64,000 nucleotides of DNA from Ignavibacteria bacterium (GTDB lineage: Bacteria; Bacteroidota; Ignavibacteria; UBA10030). Positions 56,619-64,000 of the stretch are shown here, piece after piece; the stretch's first letter is position 1; each line of letters begins with the position of its first letter. The DNA is taken from NCBI GenBank assembly GCA_016873805.1, contig VGVZ01000010.1, positions 17,629 to 81,628 on the forward strand, read 5' to 3'. Below the pieces are notes generated by a model. It had not been told where the DNA came from and made no database searches. It saw nothing but the letters and a program-made list of their open reading frames with translations. The translations under genes were made by a program, and so were the position numbers.

Positions 56619-58121
56619 ATGAATCACGCGAAAACGATCGGAGCACTCCGATCAACAGGATATGTTGGATCCACGGTGAAGGATGAGGTTCGAAAGAATC
56701 TGATCGGAAAGCTCCGGCGGAACGAAGAGCTCTTTCCGGGCATCGTCGGGTACGAAAAGACCGTGATCCCCGCCCTCATCAACGCCATTCTCGCGAGGCA
56801 CGACATCCTTCTCCTTGGTTTGCGTGGCCAGGCCAAATCGCGGATCGTGCGCCAGCTCCCGACGCTCCTTGATGAGTTCATCCCGGTCATCAAGGGATGT
56901 GAAATCAACGACAATCCCCACGGACCTGTGTGCAAACGATGTAACGATCTCGTCCGTGAACATGGCGACGAGGTGGAAATCGAATGGCTCGGTCGTCAGG
57001 AACGATTCTCGGAGAAGCTCGCGACCCCCGATGTGACGATTGCCGATCTCATCGGCGACATCGATCCGATCAAAGCGGCAACGCGACGGCTCCACTATTC
57101 GCATGAAGGGGCCATTCACTTCGGCATCATTCCGCGAACCAATCGGGGCATTTTCGCGATCAACGAGCTCCCCGATCTTCAGCCCCGCATTCAGGTCGGA
57201 CTCTTCAACGTGATGGAAGAACGGGATATACAGATCCGGGGGTTCAACGTGCGCATTCCGCTCGATGTGATGATCGTCTTTACGGCAAACCCGGAGGACT
57301 ATACAAATCGGGGAAACATCATCACCCCGCTCAAAGATCGAATCGATTCTCAAATCCTCACCCATTATCCGTCCACCGTCGAAGACGCAATCGCAATCAC
57401 CGAACAGGAGGCATGGGTGAGACGCGACGGCCTCGAGCTTTCCATTCCCTACTACTTCAGAGAGATCATTGAACACATTGCGTTCGAAGCCCGCCGGAGC
57501 GAATACGTCGATCAGAAATCGGGTGTCAGTGCCCGATTGTCAATCACTGCACTTGAGAATCTTGTCAGCAATGCCGAGCGCCGTGCTCTCCAACACAACG
57601 AAACGAAGATTGTGCCTCGTCTCTGCGATCTCCCTCATGCTCTTCCCGCGATGACCGGAAAAATCGAACTTGTGTTCGAGGGAGAGCAAGAGGGAACGTT
57701 GAAAGTCGGACGCGCGCTTGTCGGGAAGGCAATCCGCCAGGTGTTTCGGCAGTACTTCCCCGATCCGTTGCGGAAACGTCAGCGGAGGGCCGAAGGGGAG
57801 CAAGCCGAAGATTCCGTCTACGCTCCTCTGCTTCGCTGGTTCGAGTCGGGAAACCGGATCGAGGTTTCCGATGACATGCCTGTTCGGGCGTACCTCGAGG
57901 AACTCAACCGCGTGAAGAGTCTTCGGGATATTACGCTGCGTCAGATGAAAATTGATGAGAAGAACATCCATGAACTTGCATCCGCGATGGAATTCGTGCT
58001 GGACGGGCTCCATCAGTGCTCCCGGATCGCCAAAGATGAGGTTGATCGGGTCACTGAATACAAGGATCTTGTGCAGACAATTTTTTCGGGTCGCGGGGAG
58101 TCGCTCGATGACGACGCGTAG
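56619..58121 (+). CDS. ChlI/BchI-like AAA+ ATPase
   Basis: ATG 56619; the track ORF begins at a TTG at 56601. P-loop GLRGQAKS. FAINELPDLQPRIQVGLFNVMEE (Walker B/sensor region). Paired with a vWA gene. Confidence 0.75.
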   Translation: MNHAKTIGALRSTGYVGSTVKDEVRKNLIGKLRRNEELFPGIVGYEKTVIPALINAILARHDILLLGLRGQAKSRIVRQLPTLLDEFIPVIKGCEINDNPHGPVCKRCNDLVREHGDEVEIEWLGRQERFSEKLATPDVTIADLIGDIDPIKAATRRLHYSHEGAIHFGIIPRTNRGIFAINELPDLQPRIQVGLFNVMEERDIQIRGFNVRIPLDVMIVFTANPEDYTNRGNIITPLKDRIDSQILTHYPSTVEDAIAITEQEAWVRRDGLELSIPYYFREIIEHIAFEARRSEYVDQKSGVSARLSITALENLVSNAERRALQHNETKIVPRLCDLPHALPAMTGKIELVFEGEQEGTLKVGRALVGKAIRQVFRQYFPDPLRKRQRRAEGEQAEDSVYAPLLRWFESGNRIEVSDDMPVRAYLEELNRVKSLRDITLRQMKIDEKNIHELASAMEFVLDGLHQCSRIAKDEVDRVTEYKDLVQTIFSGRGESLDDDA

Positions 58122-58180
58122 TCCGGCACCGGATTACCCCACAACAATGGATTGCAGGAGAGACACGCCGGAGGAGCACA

Positions 58181-59281
58181 GTGCGAATTCTTTACAGCCG
58201 ATGGAACGAGAGCGCGAGGACGGCCGAGCAGCGGCTTGAGTCCATGCTTTCGCTCTTCAGCTATCTTGCCCTCAAAACAAGCGGCGATGTTAAAGAGGCG
58301 TTGGAGTGGCTCCGGCGGCTGGCGGAGGAGTACGGCTTGTTCGACGAATCGCTCTCGATGGAAGAGCTGATCGCGCGGCTCAAAGAGATGGGGATTCTCG
58401 AAGACGCGCAGGACACGTTGGCGCTCACCTCGAAGGGCGTTCAACGGATTCGTCACGATGCGCTCCGGGAGGTTTTTACTTCACTGCGAAAGGGCACGAA
58501 CGGCATTCACGAGACTCCGTTCACGGGAAACGGCGTTGAACGGATCAGTGAAACGCGCAAATGGTCGTTCGGTGACCATCCGGCGAATCTCGATCTCACG
58601 TCGACACTCACCAACGCCTTCAAGCGAGAAGGGATTGATCGATTCTCGCTTCAGGAAGAAGACCTTGAGGTATACGAGACGGAACAAACGGTACGATGTG
58701 CCACGGTCTTGATGCTTGACATCAGTCACAGCATGATTCTTTATGGCGAAGATCGGATTACGCCTGCGAAGCAGGTCGCGCTCGCGATGGCGGAACTCAT
58801 TCAGACCCGTTTTCCGAAGGACTATCTCGCGCTCGTGGTATTTGGCGATGACGCACGAACCGTGAGTATGAGCGATCTCCCATTTTTGACAGTCGGACCC
58901 TATCACACCAACACGCGTGCCGGATTGCAGTTGGCGCGTGATCTTTTGCGAAGAGGGGGAACTGTCAACAAGCAGATCTTCATGATCACCGACGGGAAAC
59001 CATCGGCAATCTTCGAACAAAACGGCCGACTCTACAAGAATTCATTCGGTCTCGATCCAAGGATCGTCAACAAGACTCTCGACGAAGCAGTGCAGTGTCG
59101 ACGGGATCGGATCACGGTGAGCACCTTCATGGTCGCGCGTGATCCGTACCTCATCGACTTCGTCGAGGAATTGACGAAAGCAAATCACGGACGCGCATTC
59201 TATTCCTCCCTCAATATGCTTGGAGAATACGTTCTCGTTGATTATCTTAGAAATCGACGAAAGCGATTCTCGACGGAATAA
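58181..59281 (+). CDS. von Willebrand factor A (vWA) domain protein
   Basis: 366 aa. GTG start with a GGAGGAG RBS. MIDAS motif LMLDISHSM...FMITDGKPS. Confidence 0.75.
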   Translation: MRILYSRWNESARTAEQRLESMLSLFSYLALKTSGDVKEALEWLRRLAEEYGLFDESLSMEELIARLKEMGILEDAQDTLALTSKGVQRIRHDALREVFTSLRKGTNGIHETPFTGNGVERISETRKWSFGDHPANLDLTSTLTNAFKREGIDRFSLQEEDLEVYETEQTVRCATVLMLDISHSMILYGEDRITPAKQVALAMAELIQTRFPKDYLALVVFGDDARTVSMSDLPFLTVGPYHTNTRAGLQLARDLLRRGGTVNKQIFMITDGKPSAIFEQNGRLYKNSFGLDPRIVNKTLDEAVQCRRDRITVSTFMVARDPYLIDFVEELTKANHGRAFYSSLNMLGEYVLVDYLRNRRKRFSTE

Positions 59282-59502
59282 CACGATTCGACGAGCAATT
59301 GATCAGAGGATTGTGCCAGCGTGAGATTTGTTCTGGTGATTCACCCCCTGACAACCCTGACGTTTCTTTCCCATCTGGGATTCATTCTCGGATGGTATCC
59401 GCTTGACACTTCGTTTCCGCTCTCTCATCCTCGAAAAAAGCTTCTTGTCAGTGATCTTTTTTCACACAGCGCCCCGGGCAAGATCTGACACGCCACCGAT
59501 CC

Positions 59503-62500
59503 ATGTCGCGACTTCATTCAAAACCTCCCAAGAAAACATTGCCGGCATCGCCTGAGAGCGCCTCGTTTGCGGACGCGCCGGTTGGCATTGCTCTATTGCA
59601 GAGAATTCGCCAGACGACATCGGGATCGCCGCAGTACCGCGTGACCTATTGGAACGAGAAATCGGCATCGATCACCGGGGTGAGTGCGACAACAATCATG
59701 CGAGCCCGGCGGGTCACCATTTCCGCCGACGACACTCCCCTCGATTTTTCGGCCCTCTTTCGCGGGAAGCGCAAGGGCGCACAGATCGTTGAGTTCCCCA
59801 ACGCGACCATGCACGTGGGGAAAAAAGCTTTTTGTATTCATGGGCTGGCCTGGAGGCACGCCGACAACATCACGCTCATGCTTGTCTCCCCCGACGAGAT
59901 TGAGAGGAGTACCGCCTACTTCCGGACCTCTTCCGAGTTCCTCGATCAGTTGACCGATTCGGTCTATTTTCTCGACAATCACTGGAACGTCCTCTTTGCC
60001 AGTCCGAGAGCCATCCGCTACCTCCACATCGCGAAGGGTCGAAGCGGTAACATTGTTGGGGAGAACTTCTGGACTCTCATCCCGCGCAAGGAGAATCCTC
60101 ATCTCTATGAGACGTTGCGCGAAGCGAAGCAGCATCATACGCACACGTTGTGCGAGGAGTATTCGGAGGTTCTCAATTCATGGTTTGAGGTTCACGCCCA
60201 TCCATTTTCCCACGGCCTGGTCGTCTACTATCGCGACATCACCCGCCGGAAACTCGCAGAAGCCGCATTTCTGAAACTCTCCAATGCCGTTGAACAGAGT
60301 GCTGATGCGATCTTCATCACGAACAGCCGCGGGTATATCGAATACATCAATCCGGCTTTCGAGACCATCACAGGGTTCAGCCGGTCCGAGGCGCTCAGCC
60401 GAACGCCGCATTTCATGAAGCTCGACATTGATGAGCCGGCGAGAGAGCGATCGCTTCGTTTCTATTCTGCCGATCAAACCCGCGAGATCTTTTCGGCTAC
60501 GACCCTCAACAGGCGCAAAGACGGAAGCACATTTTCCGCCGAGGAGATCATCGCCCCGGTATACGATTCCCACGGAGCGCTCACACATTTCGTGACCACT
60601 CTGCGCGATATCTCGGATCGGATACAAGCCGAGCAGTCTCTGCGGCGGAGTGAAGAACGATTCCGGAGTCTTGTCGAGAACAGCTCCGACGGCATCGCCC
60701 TCATCGACCGGAACAACATCATCACTTATGCAGGGCCCTCAACCGAACGGATCACGGGGTATGGGCCGGATGAATGTCTGAACAGGCGCTATATCGAATT
60801 CATCCACCCCGCCGACAGGAGAACGATCAGTCAAGTTCTCCGAACCGTTTGCGCCCATCCCCGAACGCCGATGTCGTTCCGCTGTCGTTTTCTCCACAAG
60901 AACGGGAGCTGGATGAAAATTGAAGGGACCGCCAACTCCCTTCTTACGGAACCGAGCATCGGGGCGACCGTGGTCAACTATCGGGATATTACCGAACGCG
61001 AGAACATCGCGGACGCGCTCTCTCGGTCCGAATCCGAATATCGAAACCTCTTCGAGGGAGCGAACGATGCCATCATCATCCTCGAGCCGGAGACGGAAAT
61101 CATCCTCAAGACAAATTCTCGGGCCTGTGAACTCTACGGCTTCACGCAGGACGAGTTCGTGGGGAAGAGTCTCAAGAGCCTCACCAAAGACATCGGCCGG
61201 GGAGAGGAGCAGATTCGTCTGTTGTTGAAAGAGAAGTCGGCCCGAAATTTCGAGACGATTCATTTCCGCAAGGACGGAAAACCGATGCAGATGCTGGTGA
61301 ACTCATCCGTCGTGGAGTATGGCGGTTCGTACGTGATCATGAGCATCCTCCGCGACATTACGGAGATGAGACATCTCGAGGCACAGCTGCGTCAGGCCCA
61401 AAAAATGGAAAGCATCGGAACGCTCGCAGGCGGCATCGCCCATGATTTTAACAACATCCTCGGGATTGTTCTGGGGTACGCGTCGATGCTTCAGCGTCAG
61501 AGGGTCACCCCCGAGCGAACAGCGGACGCCCTGGATTCGATCACCAAAGCTGCGCAGCGCGGGGCATCGATGGTCCGTCAAATCCTCACGTTTGCCAGAA
61601 AGGAAGAAGTGCTCCTCGAATCGCTCGATGTCAACGACGTCATCAATGACCTCGTCAAACTTCTCTCCGAGACGTTTCCCAAGACAATCGTGTTCGACGT
61701 GCGTCTTGCCAACCAGCTCCCATCGATCGTCGCCGATCCGAACCAGATTCACCAGGTACTGATGAATCTCTGCGTGAACGCCAAAGACGCAATGGGCTCG
61801 CAAGGGAAACTCTCGATCGAAACCGGTCTCGTTCACGGTACTCACATTCGTTCAAACCAGACCGCGAACGGCGCCAGTGAGTACGTTCACATCCTGGTCG
61901 CTGATAGCGGCAGCGGCATGAACGAAGAGATTAAGAGCCGGATGTTTGAGCCCTTTTTTACCACCAAGGGCCGGGGAGGCGGAACCGGATTGGGGCTCTC
62001 CGTGGTCTATGGAATCGTCAACAGCCATCGCGGATTCATCGAAGTCGAGAGTGAGTTGGGCCAGGGCACGACGTTTCACCTCTATTTTCCGGTCCAGATG
62101 AGGAGGTTCGAACCGACGGCAACGTCGGCCGCGACGCTTGCCGAAATTCCGGGTGGAACGGAAACGCTCCTTGTCGTCGAGGATGAGGAGATGCTCCTCT
62201 CGCTCCTTAAAGGCGTCCTCGAGTCAAAGGGATACAAAGTCCTCACATGTGGGAACGGTGATGCTGCGCTGGAGGTGTTTCGCGCGAAACGCAACAGCAT
62301 TGACCTCATCGTCACCGACGTGGGACTGCCTAAGCTCAACGGGTGGGAGGTTTGTCGCAAGATCAACGAAATCAAACCGGATGCGAAGATGATTGTCGCA
62401 AGCGGGTACCTTGATCCTCAGGTCAAATCAGAACTCAGAAACTCTTCTGCCCGTGAATTTATCCACAAGCCGTACCTCCCGGAGGATGTGCTCCTGAGAA

Positions 62501-62523
62501 TCCGAAAGGTGCTGGATGAATAA
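59503..62523 (+). CDS. Multi-PAS hybrid sensor histidine kinase with a C-terminal receiver
   Basis: 1006 aa. Repeated PAS-like segments. H-box IAHDFNNIL. G-boxes DSGSGM...GTGLGLS. C-terminal REC LVVEDEE...IVTDVGLP...FIHKPY. Confidence 0.85.
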   Translation: MSRLHSKPPKKTLPASPESASFADAPVGIALLQRIRQTTSGSPQYRVTYWNEKSASITGVSATTIMRARRVTISADDTPLDFSALFRGKRKGAQIVEFPNATMHVGKKAFCIHGLAWRHADNITLMLVSPDEIERSTAYFRTSSEFLDQLTDSVYFLDNHWNVLFASPRAIRYLHIAKGRSGNIVGENFWTLIPRKENPHLYETLREAKQHHTHTLCEEYSEVLNSWFEVHAHPFSHGLVVYYRDITRRKLAEAAFLKLSNAVEQSADAIFITNSRGYIEYINPAFETITGFSRSEALSRTPHFMKLDIDEPARERSLRFYSADQTREIFSATTLNRRKDGSTFSAEEIIAPVYDSHGALTHFVTTLRDISDRIQAEQSLRRSEERFRSLVENSSDGIALIDRNNIITYAGPSTERITGYGPDECLNRRYIEFIHPADRRTISQVLRTVCAHPRTPMSFRCRFLHKNGSWMKIEGTANSLLTEPSIGATVVNYRDITERENIADALSRSESEYRNLFEGANDAIIILEPETEIILKTNSRACELYGFTQDEFVGKSLKSLTKDIGRGEEQIRLLLKEKSARNFETIHFRKDGKPMQMLVNSSVVEYGGSYVIMSILRDITEMRHLEAQLRQAQKMESIGTLAGGIAHDFNNILGIVLGYASMLQRQRVTPERTADALDSITKAAQRGASMVRQILTFARKEEVLLESLDVNDVINDLVKLLSETFPKTIVFDVRLANQLPSIVADPNQIHQVLMNLCVNAKDAMGSQGKLSIETGLVHGTHIRSNQTANGASEYVHILVADSGSGMNEEIKSRMFEPFFTTKGRGGGTGLGLSVVYGIVNSHRGFIEVESELGQGTTFHLYFPVQMRRFEPTATSAATLAEIPGGTETLLVVEDEEMLLSLLKGVLESKGYKVLTCGNGDAALEVFRAKRNSIDLIVTDVGLPKLNGWEVCRKINEIKPDAKMIVASGYLDPQVKSELRNSSAREFIHKPYLPEDVLLRIRKVLDE

Positions 62524-62605
62524 CAGCGGTCTCGAACGACTCGGCCTGGACTGCTGAGCATCAGAGGCTCATCGTCTGTACCTTTGTTTGTTCCACTGGA
62601 AATTC

Positions 62606-64000
62606 ATGAAGAAAGAAACCCGGATCCTCCTTCTGGAGGAAAACACAGACGACATCGCGCGAATCACTCGAGAGCTCAAGCGATCGGGCATTTCGTTTTC
62701 ATCGAATGTTGTGACCAACGCCCGCGCGTTTCGAAAGGCACTCCGCACATTCGGGCCGGACATCGTCCTCTCGGACTATTCCCGTACATCTTTTTCGGCT
62801 CGTGACGCTCTGAAGCTGCTCGCGACGGCTTCTTCCAGAATTCCGCTTCTTGTCGTCACCGGGTCCATCGATGAGGAGTCGGCCGTCGCGTGTCTCAAGG
62901 AGGGAGCGGATGACTGCGTCCTCAAGAACCGGCTGAAGAGACTCGCACCCGCGATCAAGAACGCGCTCGCGAAGAAATCCGCCGAACGGCATCGACAGGC
63001 GGCCGAAACCGCCCTGAAAGAGAGTGAGGCACGATTCCATACGATGGCCGAGGCGGTTCCCTGCGCGATCATCATCCTCACCGACGGCGCAATCCGGTAC
63101 GCCAACGTCGCCGCCAGCGAGTTGACGGGATATCGCGTCGAGGAACTCCTCCGGATGAAATTCGAGAAGATACTCCATCCGGATTCACGGGCCGATTTCC
63201 GGAAGCTCCCGCTCCGCTCCGCGAACTTCGGCACCATCAAGCGCGAACTGAAGATCGTTACCCGTCAAAAAGAGATTCGATGGATTGATCTGGCCCTCAG
63301 GCACGTGCTGATTGACGGGATCCCGTCAATCGTGGGGTCGGCCTACGAGACCACATCGCTGAAGCGTACCGTCCTATCCTCTCAAGAGAACGAACAGCGA
63401 TATCGACTCCTCGCAGAAAATTCGACGGACCTCATCACCCGCATTTCCAAGACCGGTTCAATTCTCTACGCATCGCCGATTTGTCGATCGCTGCTCGGGT
63501 ACGCTCCTGCAGAATTGGTCGGTCAATCCCTATTCTCGTTCATCCCTGTCTCCGATCGCCAGCGTGTCCGTTCGTCATTTACTCGGCTTGGTCGCCGCGG
63601 TGCAGACCTCGTCCAATCGCACCGGATGACGCGAAAAGACGGCTCGTTCGTGTGGCTGGAAACCACGATGAAACCGATCCGCGGAATCAAGCGAGGAACC
63701 CAGGAGCTCGTTGCCGTTTCCCGCGACATCAGCGAACGAAAAGAGGCCGAAGAAACCCTTGCGGAAGCATCGTATGTGAATCAGCAGATCATTTCGAGCG
63801 CCGGCCAGGGCATCGTCGTCTTCGATCACATGCTTCGCTACGTTGTCTGGAACAGTTTTATGGAATCGATGACGGGGATGAAGGCGAAAGAAGTCCTCGG
63901 CAAACGCGCGCCGGATCTCTTCCCCCATGTTCGGCAGTTCGGGACGGACAAGCTCATTCACAAAGCGTTTCGCGGCGAGCCGGCACGATCCGGGGATATC
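62606..64000 (+). CDS. Receiver domain followed by tandem PAS domains (partial; continues past window end)
   Basis: Not in the ORF track because it has no stop. My own translation from ATG 62606 gives MKKETRILLLEENTDDIARI...IVLSDYS...CVLKN, followed by at least three PAS-like repeats (SEARFHTMAE..., NEQRYRLLAENSTD..., VNQQIISSAGQG...). Confidence 0.8.
   Translation, partial: MKKETRILLLEENTDDIARITRELKRSGISFSSNVVTNARAFRKALRTFGPDIVLSDYSRTSFSARDALKLLATASSRIPLLVVTGSIDEESAVACLKEGADDCVLKNRLKRLAPAIKNALAKKSAERHRQAAETALKESEARFHTMAEAVPCAIIILTDGAIRYANVAASELTGYRVEELLRMKFEKILHPDSRADFRKLPLRSANFGTIKRELKIVTRQKEIRWIDLALRHVLIDGIPSIVGSAYETTSLKRTVLSSQENEQRYRLLAENSTDLITRISKTGSILYASPICRSLLGYAPAELVGQSLFSFIPVSDRQRVRSSFTRLGRRGADLVQSHRMTRKDGSFVWLETTMKPIRGIKRGTQELVAVSRDISERKEAEETLAEASYVNQQIISSAGQGIVVFDHMLRYVVWNSFMESMTGMKAKEVLGKRAPDLFPHVRQFGTDKLIHKAFRGEPARSGDI

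Noticed and set aside
1-64000. Search for CRISPR arrays, IS elements, integrases, prophage or toxin-antitoxin/defence modules
   Set aside because: Reading the intergenic regions and the ORF translations showed no regularly spaced repeats and no transposase, integrase or phage-like translations. The tRNA-Arg is not flanked by an integrase.

Overview
Gene-dense bacterial chromosomal segment. GC content looks moderately high but was not computed. I saw no rRNA, CRISPR array, transposase or integrase. Contents from left to right: (1) A minus-strand Feo iron-uptake operon headed by two DtxR-family genes, with a palindromic operator over its -10 hexamer. (2) A REC-histidine kinase. (3) A tightly overlapped minus-strand operon: ABC-2 exporter, Na+/solute symporter, LolA-like protein, fabF. 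(4) An envelope module (lipoprotein, beta-barrel/transglutaminase fusion, FecR-like secreted protein) lying downstream of a membrane-integral CHASE2/sigma54 activator. (5) A ~15 kb aerobic respiratory supercluster: alternative complex III (actA, small ORF, actB, actC, fused actD-actE, actF), a membrane cytochrome c, SCO1, an A2-type heme-copper oxidase (ctaD-ctaE-coxIV-ctaC), ctaB, and a polytopic membrane protein with a c551-like domain. (6) An EEP-family lipoprotein with a beta-barrel partner, a Cys-rich Fe-S protein, a YeiH-like transporter, tRNA-Arg(UCU), a cold-shock protein, and a REC protein with an apparent frameshift. (7) A ~17 kb hydrogenase island. Group 3b (hyhB, a cyclic-nucleotide-binding-domain gene, hyhG, hyhS, hyhL, protease) and group 3d (hoxEFUYHW) are collinear on the minus strand. 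A divergent maturation operon follows: hypA-B-F, a Cys-less hypC-like gene, hypC-D-E, and an orphan TrpG/PabA-type amidotransferase. (8) A GT9 glycosyltransferase, a ChlI-like AAA+/vWA pair, and two PAS-rich sensor proteins; the last runs off the window. The most unusual items are the CNB-domain gene translationally embedded in the group 3b hydrogenase operon, the HypC paralogue lacking the essential N-terminal Cys, the membrane-anchored CHASE2-sigma54 activator with its envelope module, the Tat-like small ORF filling the actA-actB gap, and the multi-TM/c551 fusion ending the oxidase cluster. All calls rest on reading the translations and motifs by eye; no database search was possible. The phylum cannot be assigned. 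ACIII with an A2 oxidase, a PorP/SprF-like barrel and a LolA-like gene are merely reminiscent of FCB-group, Ignavibacteria-like or Acidobacteria-like genomes.
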